From: Klebsiella phage ST13-OXA48phi12.2 | Sequence record: MK422452.1 | Length of the DNA: 34,141 nt | Direction: 5' to 3' (one strand) | Shown: piece after piece, positions 15,760-24,290 of the stretch | Numbering within the stretch: position 1 is the first letter of the stretch | Layout of the letters: the number at the start of each line of letters is the position of its first letter | Made by a program: the position numbers and the translations under genes | The notes under the pieces: model-generated | Databases searched by the model: none | Told to the model about the DNA's origin: nothing | What the model saw: only the letters and a program-made list of their open reading frames with translations

Positions 15760-15798
15760 GCATTACAGAAGCTCCTGAGCTAAGGGGCTTCGATAATG
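15759..15798 (+). repeat. structured repeat copy 1: GCATTACAG-aagc...gcttc-GATAATGC hairpin
   Basis: An outer stem GCATTA/TAATGC plus an inner stem GAAGC/GCTTC. It starts at the stop codon of the 66-aa ORF. Confidence 0.55.
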
Positions 15799-15827
15799 CT
15801 AAACCGAAGCATCTGCCTTAAGTGTTA

Positions 15828-15864
15828 TAAAAAACCCCGTGGAGGAAATCCCAAAGCTACGGGG
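15828..15864 (-). terminator. minus-strand rho-independent terminator (CCCCGT-18 nt-ACGGGG followed by T6 on the minus strand)
   Basis: The plus strand reads aaaaaaCCCCGTggaggaaatcccaaagctACGGGG. On the minus strand the hairpin is followed by TTTTTTAT. No annotated minus-strand gene ends here. Confidence 0.45.
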
Positions 15865-16092
15865 TGCTGTACAGCCAGCCAATGACTGATTGTAGCCACG
15901 AAGTTGGTTTATTTTCTACTGGTTGAGAATAAAACTGAGAGCCAGGAAGGCTTGAGAGTGGCTCATCCATAAGCTCACGGGTAGAACGGCAGACTTTGTC
16001 ATGGCAGAGCAAAGTCATAAGTTAGTTTAGGTAACATTTCGGATATAACAAGCGTAGCGGGGCATTCCTAATAATGGAGCACCGCAGCTAAA

Positions 16093-16131
16093 GCATTACA
16101 GGAGCCATTCTGCCGAGTGGCTTCGATAAGC
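16093..16131 (+). repeat. structured repeat copy 2: GCATTACAG-gagcca...tggctt-CGATAAGC
   Basis: Same framework as copy 1. The inner stem is changed compensatorily (GAGCCA/TGGCTT) and the outer stem is partly degraded. Confidence 0.5.
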
Positions 16132-16156
16132 TCCCCACATCGCACAGAGGTAAAAC

Positions 16157-16402
16157 ATGGCAGAGATCACACCGGCAGAACAGATTCGACTGAATCTGCT
16201 TTCCACCCTGAACTACGACACCGCGGCCGCTGCTAAGGCGATTGAGTTCGTCCAGGATAGCCAGCTCAAATATCAGCTGTTCATCCAGCAGTACAGTCGC
16301 GTGACAACTGAATCCGAAGTGGTGGCGCGGACCATCAAAGCAGTTCAGGAGTCGACCGAGGCGCTGGCGCTGTTTGATACCATCGCAGAACAGGCGAGCT
16401 AA
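16157..16402 (+). CDS. 81-aa hypothetical protein
   Basis: GAGGT RBS 7 nt upstream. It is flanked by repeat copy 2 upstream and copy 3 immediately after its stop. Confidence 0.5.
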   Translation: MAEITPAEQIRLNLLSTLNYDTAAAAKAIEFVQDSQLKYQLFIQQYSRVTTESEVVARTIKAVQESTEALALFDTIAEQAS

Positions 16403-16403
16403 G

Positions 16404-16442
16404 GCATTACAGCAGGCACTCGCTGAGCGCCTGTGATAATGC
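16404..16442 (+). repeat. structured repeat copy 3: GCATTACAG-caggc...gcctg-TGATAATGC
   Basis: The outer stem GCATTA/TAATGC is conserved. The inner stem co-varies (CAGGC/GCCTG). It is followed directly by the HNH gene RBS. Confidence 0.55.
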
Positions 16443-16457
16443 TCAAGGAGCGATTAC

Positions 16458-16799
16458 GTGAACAAAGAGCCCCGTATCTACGGCAGCAAGTGGGACCGAG
16501 AGCGTCTTATCTTCCTACGTGCGCACCCCTTGTGCGTCATGTGCCAGGAGCAAGGCAGGGTGACAGCGGCAACGGTGGTTGACCACATCATCCCGCACAA
16601 ACTGAAAGAGGCTCTGCGCTCTGGTGACAGCCAGGAAATAGCGAAGGCGCAAAAGCTTTTCTGGAGCCGGAAGAACTGGCAAGGGCTGTGCAAGCAGCAC
16701 CACGACTCAACGAAGCAGCGAATGGAGAAGCTTGGCACCGTCATCGGTTGTGATGAGAGCGGAATGCCCCTGGATCCTAACTCACATTGGTTTAAATGA
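16458..16799 (+). CDS. HNH endonuclease (terminase-associated, HK97 gp74-like)
   Basis: C-x2-C ... HH / H-x-D motifs (CVMCQ...VDHIIPHK...CKQHHD). GTG start with AAGGAG RBS. Located directly upstream of the cos/terS region, as in HNH-dependent cos phages. Confidence 0.85.
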   Translation: MNKEPRIYGSKWDRERLIFLRAHPLCVMCQEQGRVTAATVVDHIIPHKLKEALRSGDSQEIAKAQKLFWSRKNWQGLCKQHHDSTKQRMEKLGTVIGCDESGMPLDPNSHWFK

Positions 16800-16980
16800 T
16801 ATTTAATCTCATTTTTTGCGGGGGAATGATTGCAAATGAAATCATTTTGAATCAAATGATATCAATTCTCATCTGAGGGGGAGGGGCGGGTCAAAAGTTC
16901 AGAACCTCGAACCCAAATGACCGCCGCCAGTCCTTTTTGTGCACAACCGCGAAATGAAAAGTTTTTTCCGGGAGGTTCCG
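16800..16980. other. candidate cos / terminase-recognition region. Three CAAATGA direct repeats (16833, 16853, 16914), inverted repeats AATGATT/AATCATT and AAATGA-aa-TCATTT, a TGATATCA palindrome and a G-rich tract GAGGGGGAGGGGCGGG
   Basis: Dense repeats and palindromes in the 180-bp gap between HNH and terS, where HK97-like phages carry cos. The cohesive-end site itself cannot be identified from sequence alone. Confidence 0.3.
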
Positions 16981-17445
16981 ATGGCAGGACGACGCCCGAA
17001 ACCGACCCACCTCAAAGTGGTTACCGGCAACCCGGGCAAACGCAAACTTAACGACAAAGAACCATCGCCAGCGCGAGAAATACCAAGCCCTCCAGAGCAC
17101 CTCACTGACTGGGGAAAGGTGGCGTGGGGGAAGCTGACCGTGCTGCTGGATGGCATGGGCATTTTAACCATTGCCGATACGCTGGCGCTCGAACGACTCT
17201 GCGATATTTACGCCGACATTCTGCAGCTTCGCCTGACTATTGCTGACGAGGGGCGAACTTACACCGTGCAGACAGAGGGCGGGTTTTTGATTAAGGCTAA
17301 CCCGGCAGTAGCAATGTTGGCGGATGCAGATCGACGTTTTAAAAGTTACCTGGTTGAATTCGGTCTGACTCCGGCCGCCAGAACGAAGGTGAAAGTGGAT
17401 GGTGGAGAAAAAGAAGAAGACCCGCTCAACCAGTTCTTCGGTTGA
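16981..17445 (+). CDS. terminase small subunit, P27 family. Start trimmed to ATG 16981 (MAGRRPKPTHLKVVTGNPGKR...)
   Basis: Characteristic P27-family N-terminus. GGAGG lies 5 nt upstream. Confidence 0.85.
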   Translation: MAGRRPKPTHLKVVTGNPGKRKLNDKEPSPAREIPSPPEHLTDWGKVAWGKLTVLLDGMGILTIADTLALERLCDIYADILQLRLTIADEGRTYTVQTEGGFLIKANPAVAMLADADRRFKSYLVEFGLTPAARTKVKVDGGEKEEDPLNQFFG

Positions 17446-19141
17446 TCCCGCCACGCAATATGCGCGGGATGTAGACTCCGGCAAAGAAATCGCCGGTCCT
17501 GATATTAGAAACTCCTGTAAACGACATCTCAGGGATTTGGAATCCTGTCATGCTCGCGGGTTGGTATGGGATGTTGCAGCGGCGCAGCGTGCCATCGACT
17601 TTTTTGCAAAAGTACTGAAGCTCAACGGTGGTGAGCATGAGGGAAAACCCTTCAACCTGCTACCGTGGCAGTGCTTTATTGTAGGGTCGATATTCGGCTG
17701 GAAGAACTCGGATGGTTATCGTAGATTTCGCATGGTGTACGTTGAATCTGGTAAGGGTTCCGGCAAATCACCACTGGCTGGCGGAGTGGGGCTTTACTGT
17801 CTAACAGCAGATAAGGAGCCTCGTGCCGAGATATATGCAGCAGCAACGAAAAAAGACCAGGCCATGATCCTTTTTCGTGATGCTGTCGCGATGGTGGAGC
17901 AGTCCCCTGCGTTAGCACAGCGAATAAATAAATCAGGCGGTGCCGGGAAAGAGTGGAACCTTGCGTTTCTTCAGACCGGCTCATTTTTCCGGCCTATCAG
18001 TTCGGATGATGGGCAGTCAGGGCCACGCCCACACTGTGCACTGATTGACGAAATTCACGAGCACAAAAACAACCAGGTTGTGGAAATGATGCGCGCCGGG
18101 ACGAAAGGTCGTCGCCAGGCGTTGATTTTCATGATCACTAACAGCGGACACGACAAAACCAGCGTCTGCTACGACTATCACGAGTATGGGCGTAAAGTTG
18201 CCGAAGGCTCGATTGAGGATGACAGTTTCTTTTCTTTCATTTGCTCCCTGGACGAAGGAGAAGACCCATTCAAGGACGAGTCCTGCTGGAAAAAAGCAAA
18301 CCCCTCTCTTGGTCATACTTTTACCGATCGCTACCTGCGTGAGCAGGTTACTCAGGCTCGGGGGATGCCGTCGAAGGAAAGCATTGTTCGGCGGTTAAAC
18401 TTCTGTCAGTGGGTGGATGCCGATAACCCCTGGATGAGTAGCGATGTGTGGATGGGGTGCGAAGAGGACTTTGACCTGCAGGAGCTGCAGGGAGAAGAAT
18501 GTTATGGCGGCCTGGACCTTTCAGGAACTCGCGACCTTACGTCTCTGGCGCTCTTTTTCCCTAAAAAAAGAAAGCTGCTGGTGGAGTTCTGGACACCAAA
18601 AGATACTTTGCTGGATAGAGCGAAAACAGACCGCGTACCTTATGACGCATGGGAACGGGGAGGCCATATTCATACCACTCCCGGAAAGGCGGTGAAATAT
18701 GGCTTTGTTGCTGAGCGCATTGCTGATCTTTCCATGTTGTTCGATATCAAGGCGATCGCCTTCGACCAGTACCGCATAAAATATCTTGAGCCGGAATTAG
18801 AGAGCGCTTCTGTATCAGTACCGCTGATACCTCACGGGCAGGGATACTACAAGGCGCAGGATTCCGGACTGTGGATGCCTCATTCCATCGAACTTTTTGA
18901 ACAGATGCTCGATGATGGCGTAATCATTATTAAAACAAACCCCTGCCTCCGATGGAACGCTGCTTCCGCCGTAACCGAAGCCGACCAAAAAGAAAACCGC
19001 ATATTCGCCAAGAAAAAGAGTACTGGTCGAATAGATGGTGTGGTTGCGTCGGCTATGGCAATTGGTGCTGCAGAAGGTTATGAGCCTGATGATGGCGATA
19101 TAGAGGGCTTTTTTGACGATCCGATCATAGTGGGTATCTGA
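17399..19141 (+). CDS. terminase large subunit (HK97-type)
   Basis: 580 aa. AAGGTGA RBS. It contains ATPase and nuclease regions (e.g. VYVESGKGSGKS Walker A-like). It overlaps terS by 47 nt. Confidence 0.9.
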   Translation: MVEKKKKTRSTSSSVDPATQYARDVDSGKEIAGPDIRNSCKRHLRDLESCHARGLVWDVAAAQRAIDFFAKVLKLNGGEHEGKPFNLLPWQCFIVGSIFGWKNSDGYRRFRMVYVESGKGSGKSPLAGGVGLYCLTADKEPRAEIYAAATKKDQAMILFRDAVAMVEQSPALAQRINKSGGAGKEWNLAFLQTGSFFRPISSDDGQSGPRPHCALIDEIHEHKNNQVVEMMRAGTKGRRQALIFMITNSGHDKTSVCYDYHEYGRKVAEGSIEDDSFFSFICSLDEGEDPFKDESCWKKANPSLGHTFTDRYLREQVTQARGMPSKESIVRRLNFCQWVDADNPWMSSDVWMGCEEDFDLQELQGEECYGGLDLSGTRDLTSLALFFPKKRKLLVEFWTPKDTLLDRAKTDRVPYDAWERGGHIHTTPGKAVKYGFVAERIADLSMLFDIKAIAFDQYRIKYLEPELESASVSVPLIPHGQGYYKAQDSGLWMPHSIELFEQMLDDGVIIIKTNPCLRWNAASAVTEADQKENRIFAKKKSTGRIDGVVASAMAIGAAEGYEPDDGDIEGFFDDPIIVGI

Positions 19142-20448
19142 TGGCTAAGAATAAACAGCAACCAGGGCGCGTTAAGAGCGCTCTTTTAAACTGGCTTGGT
19201 GTTCCCATAAGCCTGACGACCGGTGAATTCTGGCGGGAGTGGTACGGAACCAGCAGTAGCGGAAAAGTGGTTACCGCTGACAAAGTTATCCGGCTTTCTG
19301 CTGTCTGGGCGTGCGTAAGACTCTTAAGTGAGTCAGTTTCCACGCTTCCGCTTAAAATCTACGAGCGGCAGGCTGATGGATCGCGAAAGCTGGCCCAGAA
19401 CAATCCCGCCTACCAGATATTATGCAGGCGTCCTAACCCGGAAATGACCCCTTCCCGTTTCATGTTGATGATTGTGGCCAGTATTTGCCTGCGTGGTAAT
19501 GCATTTGTCGAGAAGCTATATATCGGCAGCAAATTGGTTTCGCTGGTGCCGTTACTTCCGCAGAATATGGTTGTAAAGCGACTCGATAGCGGGAAGTTAC
19601 AGTATACATACACGGAAAATAGCGTTAAGCGGATCATTCCAGTAGACCGGATGATGCATATCCGCGGATTTGGTCTTGATGGTGTGTGCGGGATGATGCC
19701 GACAATGGCCGGGGTTGACGTTTTCGGCGCTGCTATGTCGGTTGATGAAGCCGCGGCAAAAATCTTCGAAAATGGCCTGCAAAGTACCGGTTTCCTGTCT
19801 TCAAAAACGGCGCTTAATAAGGAACAGCGAGAAAGATTGCGTCAAAACCTTCAGTCTTTTATTGGTTCTAAAAACGCCGGGAAACTGATGGTTCTGGAAA
19901 ATGAACTGACTTACCAGAATGTCACTATGAACCCGGAGGCCGCGCAACTCCTTGAAAGCCGTTCATTCAGTATTGAGGAAATTTGTCGCTGGTTTCGCGT
20001 ACCGCCATTTATGGTCGGCCATACGACAAAACAATCCAGCTGGGCTTCGAGTCTTGAAGGGATGAACATGCTGTTCCTGACTCATACCCTGCGTCCTCTC
20101 CTGGTCAATATTGAGCAGGAAATATCGCGTTGTCTTCTGAACAGTGATGAGGACTTGTTTGCTGAGTTCTCCGTTGAAGGGCTTCTGCGCGCCGATAGCG
20201 CTGGTCGTGCTGCTTACTATACCAGCGCACTGCAGAATGGCTGGATGTCTCGCAATGACGTTCGCCGTCTTGAGAACATGCCGCCGATAGAAGGGGGCGA
20301 TATTTACACCGTTCAGCTCAACCTGACGCAACTGAAAAATCTCGAAAGCAGCAACCCTGCCGTTCAGGCGCTGGCTTTGCGAGAGCTGCATAACCACGTA
20401 TTCCCCGACATTTCCTTTGAACAATCTCCGCTGAAACAGGCCGCTTAG
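19141..20448 (+). CDS. portal protein, HK97 family
   Basis: 435 aa. Its start overlaps the terL stop (TGATG). Position and size are typical for a portal. Confidence 0.9.
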   Translation: MAKNKQQPGRVKSALLNWLGVPISLTTGEFWREWYGTSSSGKVVTADKVIRLSAVWACVRLLSESVSTLPLKIYERQADGSRKLAQNNPAYQILCRRPNPEMTPSRFMLMIVASICLRGNAFVEKLYIGSKLVSLVPLLPQNMVVKRLDSGKLQYTYTENSVKRIIPVDRMMHIRGFGLDGVCGMMPTMAGVDVFGAAMSVDEAAAKIFENGLQSTGFLSSKTALNKEQRERLRQNLQSFIGSKNAGKLMVLENELTYQNVTMNPEAAQLLESRSFSIEEICRWFRVPPFMVGHTTKQSSWASSLEGMNMLFLTHTLRPLLVNIEQEISRCLLNSDEDLFAEFSVEGLLRADSAGRAAYYTSALQNGWMSRNDVRRLENMPPIEGGDIYTVQLNLTQLKNLESSNPAVQALALRELHNHVFPDISFEQSPLKQAA

Positions 20449-20461
20449 GAGCACTTTCCTG

Positions 20462-21310
20462 ATGAGCAAAAAACAACTTCCGGTGGCGCCGGCAGGTCGC
20501 CCCTGCGCGCGCGTTACCTGTGAAACATTACCGTCCGCACTGGACCGCTGGGACGGTGGGATCAAGGCGGCGACTACTGACGATAACACTATTTCTGTTT
20601 TTGATGTTATAGGGCAGGACTACTGGGGTGAAGGGATAACAGCTAAACGTATTGCCGGTGCGCTTCGGGCGATGAACGGCGCAGATGTTACGGTGAATAT
20701 CAACTCGCCGGGTGGCGACATGTTCGAAGGTCTGGCTATTTATAACCTTCTCCGCGAATACGAAGGCCATGTAACGGTGAAGGTGCTGGGCATTGCCGCC
20801 AGTGCCGCCTCAATAATTGCGATGGCCGGGGATGATATTCAGATTGGCCGCGGTGCCTTTCTGATGATCCATAACTGCTGGTTGTACGCGATGGGAAACC
20901 GCCATGACTTCGCTGAACTGGCGCAGTCACTGGAGCCATTCGATACCGCAATGGCTGATATTTACGCGGCGCGATCCGGCCTTGATATTGCCGCCGTTCA
21001 GAAACTAATGGACGCCGAAAGTTATATCGGTGGCAGCGATGCTGTGGCGAAGGGACTGGCAGACAGCCTGCTTTCTGCTGATGCGGTCAGCGACGGCGAC
21101 GAATCACCTGCAGCTGCGCTTCGCAAACTTGATGCACTGCTGGCGAAAACAAATACCCCCCGGTCCGAGCGCCGGAAATTAATCAAAGCATTAACAGGTA
21201 ACACGCCGGGCGCTGTTACCGATCCCGATGGTAAGCCGGGCGCTGCCGAAGATATCAAACCTGAAACCCTCAATTCACTTGAAAGCGCTCTTGCGGCGTT
21301 AGTCAAATAA
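20462..21310 (+). CDS. prohead protease, ClpP-like (S14)
   Basis: The ClpP-like core has catalytic Ser/His context (NSPGGDMFEG, GIAASAASII, HN). It lies between portal and capsid. Confidence 0.85.
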   Translation: MSKKQLPVAPAGRPCARVTCETLPSALDRWDGGIKAATTDDNTISVFDVIGQDYWGEGITAKRIAGALRAMNGADVTVNINSPGGDMFEGLAIYNLLREYEGHVTVKVLGIAASAASIIAMAGDDIQIGRGAFLMIHNCWLYAMGNRHDFAELAQSLEPFDTAMADIYAARSGLDIAAVQKLMDAESYIGGSDAVAKGLADSLLSADAVSDGDESPAAALRKLDALLAKTNTPRSERRKLIKALTGNTPGAVTDPDGKPGAAEDIKPETLNSLESALAALVK

Positions 21311-21319
21311 GGACCATTT

Positions 21320-22537
21320 ATGTCTGATGTAAACGAGATTCTGAAAAAAGTCACCGCTTCCATTGAAGAAGCAACCGGCAAATTTAACGCCAAAGCGGAA
21401 GAAGCGCTGACTGAAGCGAAAAAGAACGGCAAATTGTCGGCGGAAACCAAAGAAACCGTGGACAAAATGGCGACTGAGTTTAATGCGCTGAAAGAAGCCG
21501 AAAAGACTCTGAAGACTGCGCTGGGCGAACTGGAGCAGCATGTTGCACAGATGCCGCTGGCAAACGCAAAACAGGTTATTGAAACTGTCGGCCAGCAGGT
21601 TATCTCTGCTGAAGCCATTAAAGTTCTCTCGTCCAGCATCGAAGGGAACAAGCGTATTTCTGTTCCAGTAAAAGCTGCGCTGATTTCCAGTGACGTTCCT
21701 GAAGGTATTGTTGAACCACAAAGACTTCCAGGTATTGATGTAGCGCCAAAGCAGCGTTTATTTATTCGCGATTTAATCGCGCCTGGTCGAACTGGATCAC
21801 CGGCGATTTTCTGGGTACAGCAGACCGGCTTTACCAATGCTGCAAAAGTGGTTCCGGAGAATACAGCCAAGCCTTACAGCAATATTGAGTTCACGCCGAA
21901 AATCACTCCTGTGACAACCATCGCGCACATGTTCAAGGCATCCAAGCAGATTCTGGACGACTTCGCCCAGTTGCAGTCCATGATTGATGCGGAAATGCGT
22001 TACGGCCTTAAGTACGTCGAAGAACAGGAGATTCTGTTTGGTGATGGCACTGGCGCTCACCTCCATGGCATTGTGCCGCAGGCCACGGCTTACAGCGCGG
22101 CATTTGCCGTTGAACAGCAGAACGGTATTGACGATCTGCGCCTGGCAATGCTTCAGGCTCAACTTGCCCGATTCCCTGCATCCGGTCACGTCCTGCACTT
22201 CATGGACTGGGCGAAAATCGAACTGACTAAAGACACCCTGGGGCGCTATATCCTGGCGAACCCGGCTGCGTTGACGGGGCCGACGCTGTGGGGGCTTCCG
22301 GTTGTCGCCACTGAAGCAGCAGCTTTCCAGGGCAAGTTCCTGACAGGTGCATTTAATGCTGCAGCCCAGCTTTTCGACCGCGAAGATGCAAACGTTGTGA
22401 TCTCGACGGAAAACAGCGACGACTTCGAGAAAAACATGATCTCTATTCGCTGTGAAGAGCGTCTGGCGTTAGCAGTAAAACGCCCTGAAGCATTTATTTA
22501 TGGCTCCTTTACTGTACCGGCTTCCGGCGGCCAGTAA
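21320..22537 (+). CDS. major capsid protein, HK97 family (with N-terminal delta/scaffold domain)
   Basis: 405 aa. It has a coiled-coil N-terminal roughly 100 aa followed by an HK97-fold region. It is in canonical position after the protease. Confidence 0.9.
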   Translation: MSDVNEILKKVTASIEEATGKFNAKAEEALTEAKKNGKLSAETKETVDKMATEFNALKEAEKTLKTALGELEQHVAQMPLANAKQVIETVGQQVISAEAIKVLSSSIEGNKRISVPVKAALISSDVPEGIVEPQRLPGIDVAPKQRLFIRDLIAPGRTGSPAIFWVQQTGFTNAAKVVPENTAKPYSNIEFTPKITPVTTIAHMFKASKQILDDFAQLQSMIDAEMRYGLKYVEEQEILFGDGTGAHLHGIVPQATAYSAAFAVEQQNGIDDLRLAMLQAQLARFPASGHVLHFMDWAKIELTKDTLGRYILANPAALTGPTLWGLPVVATEAAAFQGKFLTGAFNAAAQLFDREDANVVISTENSDDFEKNMISIRCEERLALAVKRPEAFIYGSFTVPASGGQ

Positions 22538-22579
22538 TTTTTCTGGCGGCCTCCGGGCCGCTATATTCGGAGTAACACG

Positions 22580-22768
22580 ATGAAACTTATCGCGGTGAAA
22601 CCAATTTATTTTGGTGGGGTAGTGGTGACGGAAGGCGAGTCACTTGAGACGCTGGAACAGCATGGCCGTGAGTTGGTTCAAAAAGGTTATGCACGGCTGG
22701 TAGATGTTGATAATTCTGCGCAGCCGGAACAGCCGGAAACTGTGCCAGAGAAGAAGGCTAAAAAATAA
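22580..22768 (+). CDS. 62-aa hypothetical head-module protein
   Basis: GGAG RBS. Its stop overlaps the next start (TAATG). Confidence 0.4.
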   Translation: MKLIAVKPIYFGGVVVTEGESLETLEQHGRELVQKGYARLVDVDNSAQPEQPETVPEKKAKK

Positions 22769-23094
22769 TGTTAGAACTTGAAGTGGTTAAAGAGCACTGT
22801 CGCATTGAGCCTGACTTTACCGATGACGACTCACTATTGACCCTCTACATCGGAGCTGCTTCTCGTTATGTCGAAACATGGACTCGTCGCAAAATGTATG
22901 AGTCCGAAACCAGCGAGGGGTATGCAGATGATCCTGATTCAATTCTCCCTGGCGATGATGTGAAAGCAGCGATGCTTCTGCTTATCGGTCACTGGTACGA
23001 AAACCGTGAAACTGTCTCTGTTGGTCAGGCTGCTACAGATATTCCGTTTACTGTCGAGGCACTTCTCCAGCCTTACAAAATCTATGGCATTTAA
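22768..23094 (+). CDS. head-tail connector (gp6-like)
   Basis: 108 aa with sequence character of gp6-like connectors. Assigned mainly from position. Confidence 0.7.
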   Translation: MLELEVVKEHCRIEPDFTDDDSLLTLYIGAASRYVETWTRRKMYESETSEGYADDPDSILPGDDVKAAMLLLIGHWYENRETVSVGQAATDIPFTVEALLQPYKIYGI

Positions 23095-23105
23095 TCGGGG
23101 GAATT

Positions 23106-23444
23106 ATGCAGGCAGGACGATTACGGCACCGGATCACCATCCAAAATTTCACCACCACCAGAACGCCTTCAGGTCAGCCGGTTGAAAAATGGGAAGATGG
23201 GAAAACCATCTGGGCCGAGGTTAAGGGGATAAGCGGTCGTGAACTTTTAGCCGCTGGCGCTGAGCGTGCCGATGCCACCATTCGCGTTTGGGTGCGTTTT
23301 CGTACAGATATCTCAGCTTCTTCCCGCCTGAAAGTACGTACCGGCCCGTTTAAAGGCGCCGTTCTTAACGTTACCGGGCCTCCGGTTACGGATATCAAAG
23401 GCACCCGGCTGGAAATTCTCTGCAAACAGGGGACCGAAAAATGA
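23106..23444 (+). CDS. head closure / head-tail joining protein (gp16-like)
   Basis: 112 aa. Canonical position. Confidence 0.65.
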   Translation: MQAGRLRHRITIQNFTTTRTPSGQPVEKWEDGKTIWAEVKGISGRELLAAGAERADATIRVWVRFRTDISASSRLKVRTGPFKGAVLNVTGPPVTDIKGTRLEILCKQGTEK

Positions 23445-23890
23445 TTGATGTGAATCTGGATTTTTCCGGGTTGCAGGATATTGCCCGCGATCTGCAAACG
23501 CTCAGCAAGGCCGAAAATAATAAAGTTCTCCGGGAGTCGACCCGTGCTGGTGCCGAATTGCTCCGCGAGGAGGTGATTGATCGCGCTCCTGAGAAATCCG
23601 GAAAACTGAAGAAAAACGTTGTTGTCGTCACCCAGAAAAGTCGCCGTCGCGGTGAAATTTCATCTGGGGTGCATATTCGTGGCGTTAACCCGCGAACTGG
23701 GAACAGCGACAATACAATGAAGGCCAGCAACAAGCGGAATGCGTTTTACTGGCGCTTCGTGGAGTTGGGAACATCTACAGCGCCTGCACATCCGTTTGTT
23801 CGCCCAGCTTTTGATACCCGCATGGAAGAAGCTACGCAGGTGGCGATGCAGCGGATGAATCAGGCTATCGATGAGGTGTTATCAAAATGA
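23441..23890 (+). CDS. HK97 gp10-like tail component
   Basis: 149 aa. Overlapping ATGA start. Family recalled from sequence character. Confidence 0.7.
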   Translation: MIDVNLDFSGLQDIARDLQTLSKAENNKVLRESTRAGAELLREEVIDRAPEKSGKLKKNVVVVTQKSRRRGEISSGVHIRGVNPRTGNSDNTMKASNKRNAFYWRFVELGTSTAPAHPFVRPAFDTRMEEATQVAMQRMNQAIDEVLSK

Positions 23891-24234
23891 CAGAGGATGA
23901 TCTCTATGACCTGCTGTCGACGCTGGCAGACGGGCGGGTTTATCCGTATGTGGTGCCGCTAGGCAGCGACGGACTTCCTGCAGTTTCCACTCCCTATGTC
24001 ATTTTCTCGATACCGACTGATGTTGCCGGGGATGTTTTCTGCGGCCAGGCAGAGTCGACACTGCGCATTCAGGTTGATGTATGGGCTGAAACGAATGACG
24101 AAGCCAGAGCGTTACGCCTGGACGCCCTGGCTCGCCTGCAGGTTCTTTCACCTGTCGAGGTGACAAAAATTCCTGGCTACGACACGACAACCCATCTTCA
24201 TCGGGCAACCCTCGAAATAACGGTCATTGCCTGA
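23887..24234 (+). CDS. tail completion protein (DUF3168/gp11-like)
   Basis: 115 aa. Assigned from position. Confidence 0.55.
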   Translation: MTEDDLYDLLSTLADGRVYPYVVPLGSDGLPAVSTPYVIFSIPTDVAGDVFCGQAESTLRIQVDVWAETNDEARALRLDALARLQVLSPVEVTKIPGYDTTTHLHRATLEITVIA

Positions 24235-24253
24235 CAAAAACCAATCCAATCCG

Positions 24254-24274
24254 ACCGCCGCTGGCGGTTTTTTC
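24254..24274 (+). terminator. terminator/attenuator-like hairpin between the tail completion and major tail genes (ACCGCC-gct-GGCGGT + T6)
   Basis: A 6-bp GC stem plus T-run, 20 nt after the upstream stop. Probably partial, since tail genes downstream must still be expressed. Confidence 0.4.
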
Positions 24275-24290
24275 ATTTATGGAGGCTGCG

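Noticed and set aside
17399-17445. 47-nt terS/terL overlap as a possible programmed frameshift
   Set aside because: The terL ATG has its own good RBS (AAGGTGA) inside terS. Overlapping terminase genes are common, and there is no slippery sequence.
19963-21870. long minus-strand ORFs (208 aa, 282 aa, 140 aa) antisense to the portal, protease and capsid genes
   Set aside because: These are typical antisense ORFs of GC-rich structural genes. They have Ser/Ala/Arg-rich low-complexity translations and no RBS. The sense-strand genes have clear family signatures.
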